Below are positions 1 through 13,024 of a stretch of DNA of 64,000 bases, in pieces (position 1 is the first letter of the stretch; every line of letters starts with the position of its first letter). The notes below the pieces were generated by a model that did not search any database, was not told the DNA's origin, and was given only the letters and a program-made list of their open reading frames with translations. The DNA is taken from NCBI GenBank assembly GCA_964016885.1, contig OZ024744.1, positions 77,438,001-77,502,000 of the forward strand, read 5' to 3'. Source of the DNA: Eledone cirrhosa (taxonomy: Eukaryota). Position numbers and translations under genes: made by a program.

Positions 1-8
1 ATATATAC

Positions 9-148
9 ATGAGTAAAGTCGAAGTTGCAGCTGCGATTAACATTTTTCAAAATCAATCTTCAGAAGCTGGCACGAAGCATATATACATGTGTGTGTGTGG
101 GTGTGTTACACACCCAGACACGCACGCACACACACACACACATGCACG

Positions 149-234
<86 letters not shown>

Positions 235-240
235 CATAAA

Positions 241-277
<37 letters not shown>

Positions 278-315
278 GTCTGGGTGTGTATATATATATA
301 TATGTATATGTGTAA

Positions 316-356
<41 letters not shown>

Positions 357-466
357 TGGGTGTGTAACACACACACACACACACATGTATATATTGTTCG
401 TGCCAGCTTCTGAAAAGATTGATTTTGAAAAATGCTAATCGTAGCTGCAACTTCGACTTTACTCAT
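9..466. repeat. Inverted repeat (~110-bp arms) enclosing (CA)n/(TA)n microsatellite
   Basis: atgagtaaagtcgaagttgcagct...cacccagaca (9-120) is mirrored by tgtctgggtgtgtaac...gcaacttcgactttactcat (353-466). Confidence 0.85.
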
Positions 467-529
467 TATTACTATTATTATGCTTTACAGCATAGGGTTA
501 CGTCCCTTTACGGCCTGAGTACAAATCCC

Positions 530-2480
530 AACAGCCCAACAAAAGGACTGCCAACAACTTCCAGGCCTGGAACAATGACGTGCCGGCGTTGTATGGGCTT
601 CGAAAAGACCATAAAACGGGCTGTGACCCTGTCGCGGGACCACCAACGCGGCCAGTCTGTGGAGCTAACATTGCAATAACTACAGACTGTCCTACTTCCT
701 CTCCCTGATCATACGCCCCATCATTGAGATGTCCCCAGACGTATGTGACAGCACGGAGGACCTCCTCAGCAGAATCGGCGTGAGTAACCGATCTGGGGAC
801 CTAACAAACTGCATAATAGGCAGTGTGGATGTTGTGTCCCTGTATCCATCTATTGACGTGGATTTTGCTGTGGAGAAATGCGTAGAAATGATCAGCGAGA
901 GCAAGGTTGAGTTCCGTGGGATTGATACCAGTGAGCTGGGACTTCTACTTAAGCTTACCCATAGTAATAGTTACCTAGACACTTATGACCTTAGCAACCT
1001 GTGCCCTACTAGACCAGCAAGGGGCAGACCACCTACCATTACCTCAATGGCCAAGAAAACCCACACAGATAGATGGAACGGGTGGACCAGAGCCATACGG
1101 ACACCCGAAAACCACGATGAACTGAAGAAAATGATTGCACATGCGGTAGGGGCCAGCATAAAATTAACCCTTAAGGAACATATGTTCAAATTTAATGGAA
1201 AAACATATGCCCAAGAGGAAGGAGCAGCCATTGGTGTTAGCATTGCAGGTGACATAGCTAACTTATTCATGGTATGGTGGGACAGTAGACTTAAACTTAA
1301 ACTTAAAGAACAATTAGAAGACAGCTTAACCCTGATAATGTACTCCCGCTACGTAGATGATATAAACATCGTAGTTAAGACACCCCCACTAGAGAACAGT
1401 CAGGAACTAGAGAAAAACACAATGGAAAGCATCCAGCAAATAGCAAACTCCATCCACCAGAGCATTAGAGTTACTATAGACTACCCAAGTAGACACCCCA
1501 ACCATCGATTACCTGTACTAGACACAGAGCTCTGGTTAGATACCATTAACAACCAAAAACAAATCCTCCATTCCCATTATGCCAAACCCATGACTTCCAA
1601 ACATCTGATCCACCGAAACTCGGCCATTTCAGACCATACCAAAATCAACATACTGATTGCGGATTTGGTACGGGTGATGTGAAATGTGTCCCGCATGTGC
1701 AACCCCGAAGAACTAGAGAGACACATACAACACTTCATCCACCGAATGCAGTTCTCTGGCTACAATCAGAGAGATAGAATCAGAGTGTATAGAGGAGCCA
1801 GAACCAAATGGGAAAAAATGGTAAATAATGACATAAATGGGACCTGCCCCTTGTATAGGAGCAAACTTTGGAATAGAATAGAAAGAACTAGGAACAAGGC
1901 CAATAGAATAAACTCATGGTATGATAGCAATAAATACCAGAGTGTAATGTTCATCGATACAACCCCTAGAGGCGAACTAACCTACAAATTTAGAAGGGCC
2001 CTAAATAAACATAAACTCAATATTAAGATAGTAGAAAGACCAGGTACCTCCGTAAAAACACTTATTAGCAAGACATACCCGTTCCAAAGACCCTCATGTA
2101 TAGATAAGAAATGTATAACCTGTAAAATAAGCCCCCATATTAACTGTAAAACTAGAAATGTAGTGTATAGCATAAGATGTACTGAAGGACAATGTAGAAA
2201 CAAAAATATAGTGTACATAGGTGAGACAGCTCGTAGTATAGGGGAACGGATAAATGAACACTGGCGAGACCTTCAAGATAATAAAGAATCATGTGTACTC
2301 TACCAACATGCTAAGATAGAACACAAGGGTAAATTAGAGAACATAGAAATAAAAATAGAATCTACACACAGAAGAGATGCAATGTTTAGACAAATTACAG
2401 AGGCAGTAAACATAAAAGAATTACAACCAAAATTAAATAGAAAATATGAGTGGAACAGCAACATCACAACTTACAATTAA
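530..2480 (+). pseudogene. PLE RT-GIY-YIG ORF, disrupted
   Basis: Frameshift near 670; ORFs 729-1682 and 1686-2480 are in the same frame, separated by a single TGA at 1680-1682 (DLVRVM*NVSRMC). Confidence 0.9.
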
Positions 2481-2688
2481 GGACAAAATGAAAACACACA
2501 CACACATAGAACAAACAACCAACCAACAACATGTAAATAAATAAATAAACAAATAGATAAATGAACACAAACACACACAGACACCCGGATGTGGCGCATG
2601 CGCAAACTGAGCACACAACACACACACAGAAACAAAATGGCGTAGGACAGAAGAAAGGAAAGGCACAGAAACAAAGAAAGGAATCCCC

Positions 2689-2733
2689 AGTCACTGAAGA
2701 GGTCACAGAGTGTGTGACGAAAGGACTATGACT
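2689..2733 (+). ncRNA. Minimal type I hammerhead ribozyme in the PLE pseudo-LTR
   Basis: AGTCA-CTGAAGA-g-GTCACA/TGTGAC-GAAA-ggac-TA-TGACT: helix I AGTCA/TGACT, helix II 6 bp, 1-bp helix III; minimal hammerheads are an established feature of PLE pLTRs. Confidence 0.8.
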
Positions 2734-3054
2734 ATATATAAACAACTATCTGGTTGTGGAACCAACCAACCAACCAACCAGAAATTTATAAATTTGTAGA
2801 TTTGTAAATTTATAAATTTATAAATATATAATAAATTGAAGTGAAAGCAACTGGTGCGTGTGTTTCTTATTGGCAACATGACCCTCCCAAAGTATAACAA
2901 TATCGGTTTCAACACACGATTTCAGATAAAGAATCTTGCTAAACAAATTCAGAAACGATATATATATATATATACATATATACGTTATTCCGGGTTGAAT
3001 CGGAGGTAACCACAGTAAGTAAGTAAGTATATATATATATATATATATATACAT

Positions 3055-3094
<40 letters not shown>

Positions 3095-3279
3095 ATAACA
3101 ATAAAATTGAAGACTAAAATCCAAAGAGGGCTCGATAAGGGAAATATATATCAAATATATAAGAACCGTAGAGCAAATATTTATTAAAATAACAGATTAA
3201 AGTTAGTTTCATAAGATCCCGTTAAGGGTGAAAGCAGCGATTCTTTGCTTAAACTTTAATCTGTTATTTTAATAAATAA

Positions 3280-3633
<354 letters not shown>

Positions 3634-3700
3634 ATGTATATATATGGTTAGCTTTCCCCTGTGTTGTTTACTTGTCTCACTCGCTTTACGCGTTTCAATT

Positions 3701-3801
3701 GTCCTAATAACTTATTTTAGTTATTTTCGCACCAACGTGAGATATATGATTTTTAATGCGATGAAACACCAATGATCGTTGGCAAATCACTGATGAGGGA
3801 C
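3701..3801 (+). ncRNA. Non-circularly permuted hammerhead-like RNA, family 1 copy A (decayed helix III)
   Basis: GTCC..hairpin..TCGCA CCAACG..TA TGATTT ttaa TGCGA t GAAA..CGTTGG c AAATCA CTGATGA g GGAC. Confidence 0.7.
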
Positions 3802-4000
3802 TCATTTTATAACATGTTATCCATGTGCAACCATGCAGTATTCTTCTCCCCATATTTTTCACATATATATATATATATATATTTTTTTATCATGTTTTTA
3901 TTTTTATTTTCATTAGCACCGTTTCCTCCCACCCCTTTTTGCTATATGTCTCTCAACCACTCCCCTACACACCCTTTGAACTCTCTTCCCACACACTTTT

Positions 4001-4034
4001 CACCTGAAGAAGGGCTTATGCCCGAAACGTCGTT
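4001..4034 (+). ncRNA. Minimal hammerhead motif
   Basis: cac CTGAAGA a GGGC ttat GCCC GAAA cg TC gtt; palindromic ACGT in helix III, as in dimeric PLE hammerheads; helix I weak. Confidence 0.6.
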
Positions 4035-4244
4035 CCCCACAATACCCCACTCTCAAGAGCGTGAAATTAATAAACATTCGTTGTACTGCCTCTCTGTTTT
4101 GTTCCTGTTCAAATTTTCCATTATATATATATATATATATATATATGGAATCATGCATACATATATAGGTCAGCAATTGAGTAATTCTGGTAAAACAGAA
4201 GCACCACCACCACCAACAACAACAACAACAACAGCACCACCACT

Positions 4245-4282
<38 letters not shown>

Positions 4283-4704
4283 CATAACAGAATCAAATGC
4301 ATTAATGAATGTTTGTGTTGAAGGTTAGCTACATGTGCGAAAATAGCTGTAGTGAACAGTAAGAAGAGTGGACAGATGAAAGAGTGAGATTGAGAAAGCA
4401 TAACGGTGAGTGAAAGAGGGAAAGAAAGGTGGAGGTAAGAGGTGATACTGGTTAGAGAGGTGATATTGTTAGAGAGAGAAGAATAAAAAAAGAAGAAACA
4501 AGGAAGTGTAAGCTGTGGCCGGAGACAGAGTAGAAATAGGAAGAAGAATGAGGATGAAAGTGAGAAGGAGGAGGGAAGTAGGTTGTATTGGTAAACGCAA
4601 TTACGTGTGAGTGTGAAGAAGAAGAGGGGAAGAGCGAGTAGGGTAGGGAGAGCAAATATATATTCTATGTATGTGTATAATCTATATGCAAACATACACA
4701 CACA

Positions 4705-4788
<84 letters not shown>

Positions 4789-6080
4789 TGTGTGTGTGTG
4801 TGTATGTGTGCATATAGATTATACACACATATATATATATATATATATGTGTGTATATATGTAATATACATATACATATATAAACACACAGACACACATA
4901 TATATGTATGTATATATATATATAGTGAGAGAGAGAGAGAGAGGGGAGGAGAAGTTTGAGAGTTGAAAATGTAGAGATGGAGACTGCAAGAATGGGTGTG
5001 GTGAGAGGGAAATTGAATAAGCTTATAGGTGTATACACATATTTATGTATATTATATATATATAAATATGTTATATATAATTATATATACTTATATATGT
5101 TTTATATATGTGTGTGTGCGTGTGCGCATGTGTGCTGATATATATAAGCATGTATATGATATGTATATTTATACATATATATGTATATGTATACATATAT
5201 AATACATCAAACATACATACATACAAACATACATACATACATACATACATACAAACATACATACATACATACATACATACATACATACATACATACATAC
5301 ATACATACATAGTATGTAGATACATACAGAGAAAGAGAGAGAGTGAAAGAAAGTCAGAAAGTAAGAAAGAAAGAACGAATCCAAGAAAAAGAGAAAGAAA
5401 CAGAGATAGACAGATAGAAAGAAAGAGAGAAAAAGAAAAAAAAGGAAATAAGAATGAAAGAAAGAAAGTAAGAATGAAAGAAAGAAAGAAAGAACGAATC
5501 CAAGAAAGAGAGAAAGAAACAGAGATAGATATATAGAAAGAAAGAGAGAGAGAAAGAACGAAAGAAAGAAAATAAGAAAGAAAGAATGAAAGAAAGTAAG
5601 AATGAATCCAAGAAAGAGAGAAAGAAACAGAGATAGATAGAGAGAAAGAGAAAGAGAAAGAAAGAAAAAAATGAAAAAAAAGAAAGAAAAAAGAAAGAAA
5701 AAATGAAAGAAAGAAAGCAAGAATGAAAGAAAGAAAGTAAGAAAGAAGGAAAGCGAGAAATAAATACTAGGTGGCTGTAGAGGTGTGAAGAAGGATGATG
5801 TTGGTAATGATGTGATATAAAGGTCAGTGATGGAGTCAGTTGAAATATAGGTCATGCAATGAAGATGATAGAATATCCTTTCCATTTCTTTTGCTTCATT
5901 TATCTTGTTATTTTGTCCTTCATTTTTTTCTTTTATTTTCCTTTGTTTTGTTATGTTATGTTGCTGTTTTTTTTGTTTTTTTCTGTTTGTTTATGTATTA
6001 TATTTCTTTCTTTTATTCTATTTTATTTTAATTTTTTTTTTTGCTACTATTCTTATGCGCTCTTATATATATATATATAA

Positions 6081-6336
6081 GAAGGCTGGACTTGTGTAAA
6101 TCCTTGAAAGGTTTATTATACTATGTATGATCTTGAGGGCGACCGGCTAAAGTGGAAGATGCTAGATGGTCAGTCGTCCTCGGGTCTATGATTTTCAGCC
6201 CCATGGATTTTATCTGTTACATGCATTTATTATATTTCGAATGTTTGATGATATCACCGGATTCATACGGAACCCGGTCATTGAAATGATCATAGTATAA
6301 TAAACCTTTCAAGGATTTACACAAGTCCAGCCTCCT
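6081..6336 (+). mobile_element. Short dispersed element with degenerate hammerhead-like core (copies 25460-25700 +, 50745-50958 -)
   Basis: Shared gagggcgaccgg...tgatgatatcaccggattcatacggaacccggtcattgaaatg; copy at 25595 has atgc CTGATGA..ccggg/cccgg..GAAA..gcat; this copy has a 5' inverted duplicate of its 3' end (6081-6123 vs 6293-6333). Confidence 0.65.
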
Positions 6337-6508
6337 GTTATTTTATTATAATATTTAGCTCCGTATTCGCACCACCAACTACACAAACGAAGACGGTTGA
6401 GCTGCTTTACGTTGAGTACTCTCCATATTATTACATCAAGATTGACCATACGGAATGACCAGCTCTATCCAGTAGTGAACCTTCAAGCCTAAATAAAAAT
6501 AAAAACAT

Positions 6509-6565
<57 letters not shown>

Positions 6566-6983
6566 AAGTATGTGTCCCTACGTGCAAAAAATGCATATAG
6601 GGATATAAGTATTATCCAACCGTATGCCAATGTGGTTCTATGGCAGGTTAATAAATTAATGAGCCAGAACATATATAATCAAGGTTTAGCAAACAGAGAA
6701 AAAGTTTTTTAATAAATTTTAAAAAGTTCACCCTTGCATTCCACCTTTACACACGGCACTAGGCAAGATTGTTTCTTTATCATCCACTCTCATCCGGGAA
6801 CAGTTTTGTATGGCGCCAGTTCGTGATTTGAACTCAGGAATTTTATATTCTCCGAGCGAGAAGAACCCTCTGACGCGCGTCTCCTTCACAATAGTGGTCC
6901 GCATGGATTAGCCATTTATTTTGAGACTTGAAACCGCGCGCTAAGGTTACATGTAGTAAGTACAGTGAACTTTTTAAAATTTT

Positions 6984-7032
<49 letters not shown>

Positions 7033-7034
<2 letters not shown>

Positions 7035-7239
7035 AAAAAGTATGACCTGACCCCCACGGCAGAGCTCAAGCTGTTTCGACGGCTATTTCTGGACGCGTCC
7101 AGAAATAGCCGTCGAAACAGCTTGAGCTCTGCCGTCGGGGTCATACTTTAGACATTTTCCTATTACCCACTCTACTACCCTAAGTATTGAGTACTCTGGT
7201 GCGTTATGGTCCATCTGGTTCCTTACCACAACTCCTTCG

Positions 7240-7241
<2 letters not shown>
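7033..7241 (+). mobile_element. Family P element with fold-back palindrome
   Basis: Palindrome centred on ggacgcgtcc (~7095), followed by the family P body and (TA)n. Confidence 0.8.
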
Positions 7242-7292
<51 letters not shown>

Positions 7293-7352
7293 ATATTGTG
7301 TATGTGTGTGTGTGTAATTATTAGCGTGAGCCCGACGGTCAAGCTGAAACTG

Positions 7353-7389
<37 letters not shown>

Positions 7390-7457
7390 AAATGAAGTAT
7401 TTCCGTCAGAAAGGTACAGGAAATAAAAGAGTGCTCTATGTAGGCTACAGAGCTTAT

Positions 7458-7665
7458 TAGTTATGTAATAAACAACATTAGATAATTATTTCATTTACCA
7501 GTGCTTTCTTGAAGCAGATGTGTCTGTCTTCAGTCGTCAGAATGAATAAAAAAACATGCACTATGTTATTTATTCCTTCTGACGACTGAAGACAGACACA
7601 ACATCTGTCTTCAAGAAACCAGTGGTAAATGAAATAATTATCTTATGTTGTTTATTACATAACTA
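7458..7665. repeat. Inverted pair of a short element containing CTGACGA-hairpin-GAAA
   Basis: tagttatgtaataaacaaca..gtcgtcagaa (7458-7541) mirrored by ttCTGACGActgaagacaga..tctgtcttcaaGAAA..tttattacataacta (7577-7665). Confidence 0.7.
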
Positions 7666-7789
7666 TATATATATATATTAACAAATGGAAACTATATTTA
7701 TAAAACCATATTTATTTCATTATACATATTTCAAGGACACCAAGTTAAATTATGGTGTGCTTTCATCAGATAAAATATAATATAGAGCA

Positions 7790-7847
<58 letters not shown>

Positions 7848-7850
7848 TGG

Positions 7851-7897
<47 letters not shown>

Positions 7898-7909
7898 TGC
7901 TCTATATTA

Positions 7910-7946
<37 letters not shown>

Positions 7947-8050
7947 TGTCGAAACGGCCGGAGTTTAGCCGTCGCACTCCTGAATCTTTTCACGAGTAAT
8001 GGAAAGAAGGAGGCTATATTAAGTTCATGAATTGCAGGAGCTGATGTAGG

Positions 8051-8445
8051 AATTGTTTCTACTTTTGGTACAAGGCCAGCAATTATCCCAGTACATTACT
8101 GGTACTTTATTTTATCGACTCCGTAAGGATGAAAGGCAAAGATAACCTCGGCGGGATTGGAACTCAGACCATAAAGGGCTGTAACTCAAAGCTGCAAAGC
8201 ATAGCGTCTGACGCTCTACCGATACTGCCAATTCACCGAACTGTTGTAATAATTGTTTCTACTTTTGGCACAAGGCCAGTTATTATCCCAGTGCATTACT
8301 GGTACTTTATTTTATCGACCCCGTAAGGATGAAAGGCAAAGCTAAACTCGGCGGGATTTGAATTCAGACCGTAAAGGGCTGTAACTCTATGTTGCAAAGC
8401 ATAGCGTCTGACGCTTTACCGATACTGCCAATCCACCGAACTGGT
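8051..8445 (-). mobile_element. Two tandem tRNA-derived SINEs (octopod OK-like family)
   Basis: Minus strand ttggcagtatcggtagagcgtcagac (A box), ctgagttccaatcccgccgagg (B box), tail ggccttgtgccaaaagtagaaacaatt. Confidence 0.85.
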
Positions 8446-8619
8446 GTAATAATGCGCCAGCTTCAGCTTTCGGTCACCAGAAAAGAGGTAGGTGTAAAAG
8501 CCAAACTTACTGTCTTCAATGTAGTGTTCGTACCTACCCTTACCTATGGTCTTTAATCTTGTGTAATAACGCGAATACAAGCGGCCAAAATGGAGTTCTT
8601 CCGAAAGGTCTTTGGAGTT

Positions 8620-8820
8620 ACTCCAGGTAGAACCGCTCCCGAATAAGATGGTTAGATAACATCCATGAGTTCGGTTTGTCTCGATTGAGGATCCAACTGG
8701 ATCAATTGGAGACAATTGTATTTGACACCAGTAAACATCCAAGCGGAGTTTACATAACTTCTATTGAGAAGAAGAAGAAGAAGAAGAAGAAGAAGAAGAA
8801 GAAGAAGAAGAAGAAGAAAT
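8620..8820 (-). mobile_element. RTE-type LINE 3' remnant beside (GAA)n
   Basis: gatggttagataacatccatgagttcggtttgtctcg resembles 10562-10640; orientation relative to the (GAA)n tract suggests a plus-strand 3' end, so strand is uncertain. Confidence 0.4.
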
Positions 8821-9959
8821 CTTCTTAGAAAGGGTTTTAAGATTTGATTTTGACCGGCTACTCACTTGGTGGCAAGGTTATAATGAAATGTGTCTTGTAT
8901 TTCTTAATCATGATTTATGGAATCATTCATTATTTAAATTTTAAGACAAGACGGTCTAACAGAATTTTTATTGTCCAAGAATCCGTGTTTATCTGTAGTA
9001 TATGAATTAAGGAGCTGCATTCTTTCTCCGCTTTAGCCATACTATTGATCCAAGATGTGTGGTACATATCTTGTTGCTCCAATAATAATGGGTTTATATC
9101 TAAATACTAGATTTACAGATTTTTCTCATTAATAATCCATAGATGTAAGCTTTCTCGTGTATTAAAAAAAAAAACACAATGTCATGTGTGTAGCTGACTT
9201 CCAAAATTAAGTATAATTTAATTTTGTTGTCCCAGACTATACTGATGGGTTGTTTGTGCTTTAATTGGGTTTTAATAGAATTGCAGCTTATATATTTCAG
9301 TTTCCACCAATAACGGTTTGGCGGCCCTATCAATATGAATATATTAATCATTGTTGTTAATATTTGTTCGTGGGAATGCTTTTGCAGTCTTGTCCGCACA
9401 TGGCGCAACCCCAGTACCACTGCATCCTAGGTCTAGAGCCCATCATCCTCCTCTCCCCTCCCCATTCTTCTGTGGCCATAGAGCCCTTGCCTTTCCTTCC
9501 TTTTTCGCTTTCATAACCACAAAAGACACTTCAATTTTTTACTTTCTAAGTATACTCCAGATTGTTTTGGCTGTCACAATGTGTTTCATGGGAAGGGGTT
9601 GATATTTAGAGCAATGGTTCCCAACGTAGTGTGCACGCCCCACGTGTGGTGGTGGGGGGGGGGGGTGAATATTTAAGGTGGTGGCGAGCAAATTGAAAAT
9701 TATGTTAATGAGAACAATCTTTAGGTTTTACCTTGTTACTTTTTACACCAAGACATCTTTGGTACACATTGCTGTCGGAAGCTCCTGCCCCACATACTCC
9801 ACACATGTTATTGTATATCTGACACCACCTCTACGCCAATTTGTTTACACTCTGCAGTTGATCATTGCTGTTTTCATATCAAAGGAAGGCATTTTCATAT
9901 AAAAGACTGGTGAGGAAGGTGGGTAGCAATTTTAGAGATGTTAAGGTGAGGCATGGTAC

Positions 9960-10154
9960 CAGACCTGCCAACTTCTAAAAACCCAAACGGGGAGTACCAT
10001 GAAAAAAAGGGTCCCAAAACGTGGAGAAATGAGACAAAATGGGGAGATTTTACATAATGAAAGCTATACCCAATTTCACAAGAGAAGACATCTCTCACCC
10101 ACCCCAAAGTGGATGGGAGATGTCCCCGTCGGACGGGGAGAGTTGACAGGTCTG
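9960..10154. mobile_element. MITE with 14-bp TIR (inverted copy at 47551-47953)
   Basis: CAGACCTGCCAACT ... AGTTGACAGGTCTG; internal sequence matches the reverse complement of 47551-47953. Confidence 0.65.
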
Positions 10155-10354
10155 TGGAACCCATGTTAGCAACAGTAATGTGATGTTTTGCATATTCTAC
10201 CTACATTTGTTGTCTACTTATGGTTTCTCTCTTTTACATAGTAGTTACTTGGTGAACATATCTTGACTCTGGGTTGGAAGAAAGAGGATAACCTTCAAGG
10301 TGTGTTGTTATAAATCTATCGGTACACCATGCAAAGTTTTTGATGTAGTTAATT

Positions 10355-10715
10355 ATCTCTAGGGTCTTTGGAGTAACGTTATTCGATAGAGTGCGTAACT
10401 CGGAGATCAGAGACCCACTCCAGGCCGAGCCGCAACTTCTCCAAATTTAGAGATCACAGCTCCGATGCTATGGACATGTGGTTAGAATGTCTCAGAAAAG
10501 AATCGCAGGTTTTTACGGGCAAAACCAACCGGCAGGAGACCTAGGGGTTGATCCCGAACTAAATGGTTGGATAACATCCATGAGCTTGGCTGGTCTCGCA
10601 TGGGGATCCAGCCGGATCAGTTGGAGATGATTGTTCTGACAGGACCTGCTGGAAGGAGCGTTTGAACACTCTGCCCCCCACGACATTCACAGGAATAAGT
10701 GGGCGAAGAACAAGA
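10355..10715 (+). mobile_element. RTE-clade LINE 3' fragment
   Basis: Translates as GVTLFDRVRNSEIR..RSQLRCYGHVVRM..RPRG.SRTKWLDNI, the typical RTE ORF2 C-terminal region. Confidence 0.75.
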
Positions 10716-11371
10716 GAGAATAAGAATTTCTATGTTTTGAATTTTCCGTTTCAAATACCAATGTATCAGATTCACATTTTGTTGGTTTGCTTCTTGATTT
10801 TGTTGAAGGGTTAAAAGAAAATTCCCAATATTCCTTACAGAGTGAGATCACTGCCAGCTTTTATTTTCCTGTTCTTGCTCAAATTCATTATCTATCCTAA
10901 TGATATTTTTATTTTCGTGCTTGTAAACATAAGCAAGATAATTACTGACCTTTTTTCTTCTTTTTTTTTTTCTCTGCTGCAGATGGAGCTACAGTGTTAC
11001 AATCTAAGTCTCATATAATGTTAAAAATCGATTTCATGCTACGGCCTCCTTCACTTTCTGCGAAATATAATCTCTCTATAACCCTATTGAGGTAGAAATT
11101 TTAGTTACACAGAGAACAGTATGTAATATCTTTTATCCATCTCAATGAGTTTCTTTTAGTGACCCATACCGAAGGTTTATTCCGTTTGATACCAACCAAA
11201 ATTAAAACTACCTCTGGTTCTAATGAAACAAAACCAGCCATTTTTAACCCTTTAGCATTTACAGTACTATATATATACTATTGTATTTTCATGGTAAAAC
11301 ATTTATCTTACATAATATATCACATAATATTGAAAGTATGAGATTTTGATATTATTTATTTTGAGAACCAT

Positions 11372-11582
11372 ATCACGAGCACTCTATCTCAAAATTATTT
11401 TTGAAAAGCATAAGAAATGCGCAACCGGTAAAAACTTAAATCTAAAACTGAATACTAACTAATACTTATTACTAATTTATACTTATTCCTAATTAAACTA
11501 TTTTTCACTGGGAAAAAATTGTCAGCATTTTCTTTTCCTTTTTACTAATATATCACAACTCGTGTGTCACACCTCTATTTTT
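11372..11582 (+). mobile_element. Short (TA)n-terminated element with U3-A8 hammerhead-like core (near-identical copy 49051-49260)
   Basis: tttt TTGAAAA GCAT aagaa ATGC GCAA CCGG TA aaaa; ~210-bp identity with 49051-49260. Confidence 0.7.
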
Positions 11583-11600
11583 TAATATATATATATATAT

Positions 11601-11797
11601 AACGAAGGAAATGTGGTAAGGAACCAGGTGGACCATAACGCACCAAAGTACTCAATACTTGAGGTAGTAGAGTGGGTAATAGGAACCAGTAAGACCCCGA
11701 CAGCTGAGCTCAAGCCGTTTCGACGGCTAATTCTGGACTGAATTAGCCGTCCAGAATTAGCCGTCGAAACGGCTTGAGCTCAGCTGTCGGGGTCTTA
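11601..11797 (-). mobile_element. Family P element with fold-back palindrome
   Basis: Reverse complement of the 3383 element; palindrome 11690-11797. Confidence 0.8.
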
Positions 11798-12633
11798 TAT
11801 ATATATATATACAGTATTTTCCGTTGTGTTGTAATATAAATATTACACACAGTAGATTGACAGCTCACGTAGAGTTTGCTCGACGGTTCCAGTTGTAGTT
11901 CCAAAAGTAATCCGGAGAAAAATAGAAAGATTTGAATGGATACAGTTTAGTTGAAAGAAATTTATTGACACGTGTTTCTATAACAGTTACATAACCTGAA
12001 AACAGCTGCTATCTACACAGTTTTAGTTATGCAGACATTCAATATTTCAATGTTATTATTTACTGTCATTTCATCAGAATAATATTACTGAGGACCTATT
12101 TGGTTTTTATAGAGAATATTAGGAGGGAGGGGTAAAGTTGTTAGAAGAATAGTTGAGGGAGTGGTTTTTTGATAGCAGTGAGAATTTTTGGTGGCAGTGA
12201 GTAATTAGATTCCCATCTGTTGTTTTGACATTATTATAGAATATATTATTGGTTATTTTTCTAAATCTATAGAAGGATTAGAGATAGTAAAAATATGCGT
12301 GGTTGGTTTTGTGTTTGCACTTAATTAACATTCAGACTTAAATTTTTCTTTCAAGTGTACATATCCTTTCACCCACGCATTCACACACAAATATATTTGC
12401 ACACCTCTACAAAATACATATACTCACATTCACATAGTAACATGTTCATACTTACATACATATACACATGCATACATATATATATATATACACACATGTA
12501 TTCATGTACATACATACGCGTTCATGTGTATACATTTTCATACTCAACTTATCTTTATATACACACGTATAGACACACACATATATACATACTCTAGTCT
12601 ATGTGTACATATATACATATACATACACATCTA

Positions 12634-12717
<84 letters not shown>

Positions 12718-13024
12718 CACTTTAATACATGAATACACTTACATCTAACTATACACATCAAACATATATATATATTTACTTATTTATATACATTTTCATA
12801 TATATATATACATACTTATGGACGTTTTTAGACACATTCATTATCGCATATTTACACCTATTCTCATCAGCATATCTTTCCATTTTTAGTGTGGTAATTT
12901 AAGGTTATTAATATATGTTGAGAAGAGATTGTTTTTATATTTTTCTAACTAGATTGAGGTTTATATAGTTGGGGGGATGTCCCTCTTTTATGTAATATTC
13001 GGCTTGTAGTGGGAAAAAATATAT

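Larger units (their letters stand above)
530..2958 (+). mobile_element. Penelope-like retroelement (PLE), 5'-truncated, with C-terminal GIY-YIG endonuclease and 3' pseudo-LTR ending in (TA)n
   Basis: RT motifs LYGLRKDHK..PPTRPVCGA, IGSVDVVSLYPSID, QEEGAAIG, YSRYVDDI; Cys linker CIDKKCITC..CKTRNVVY; YIGETARSIGERINEH; the 3' region recurs at 13.0-14.4, 26.8 and 49.5 kb. Confidence 0.92.
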
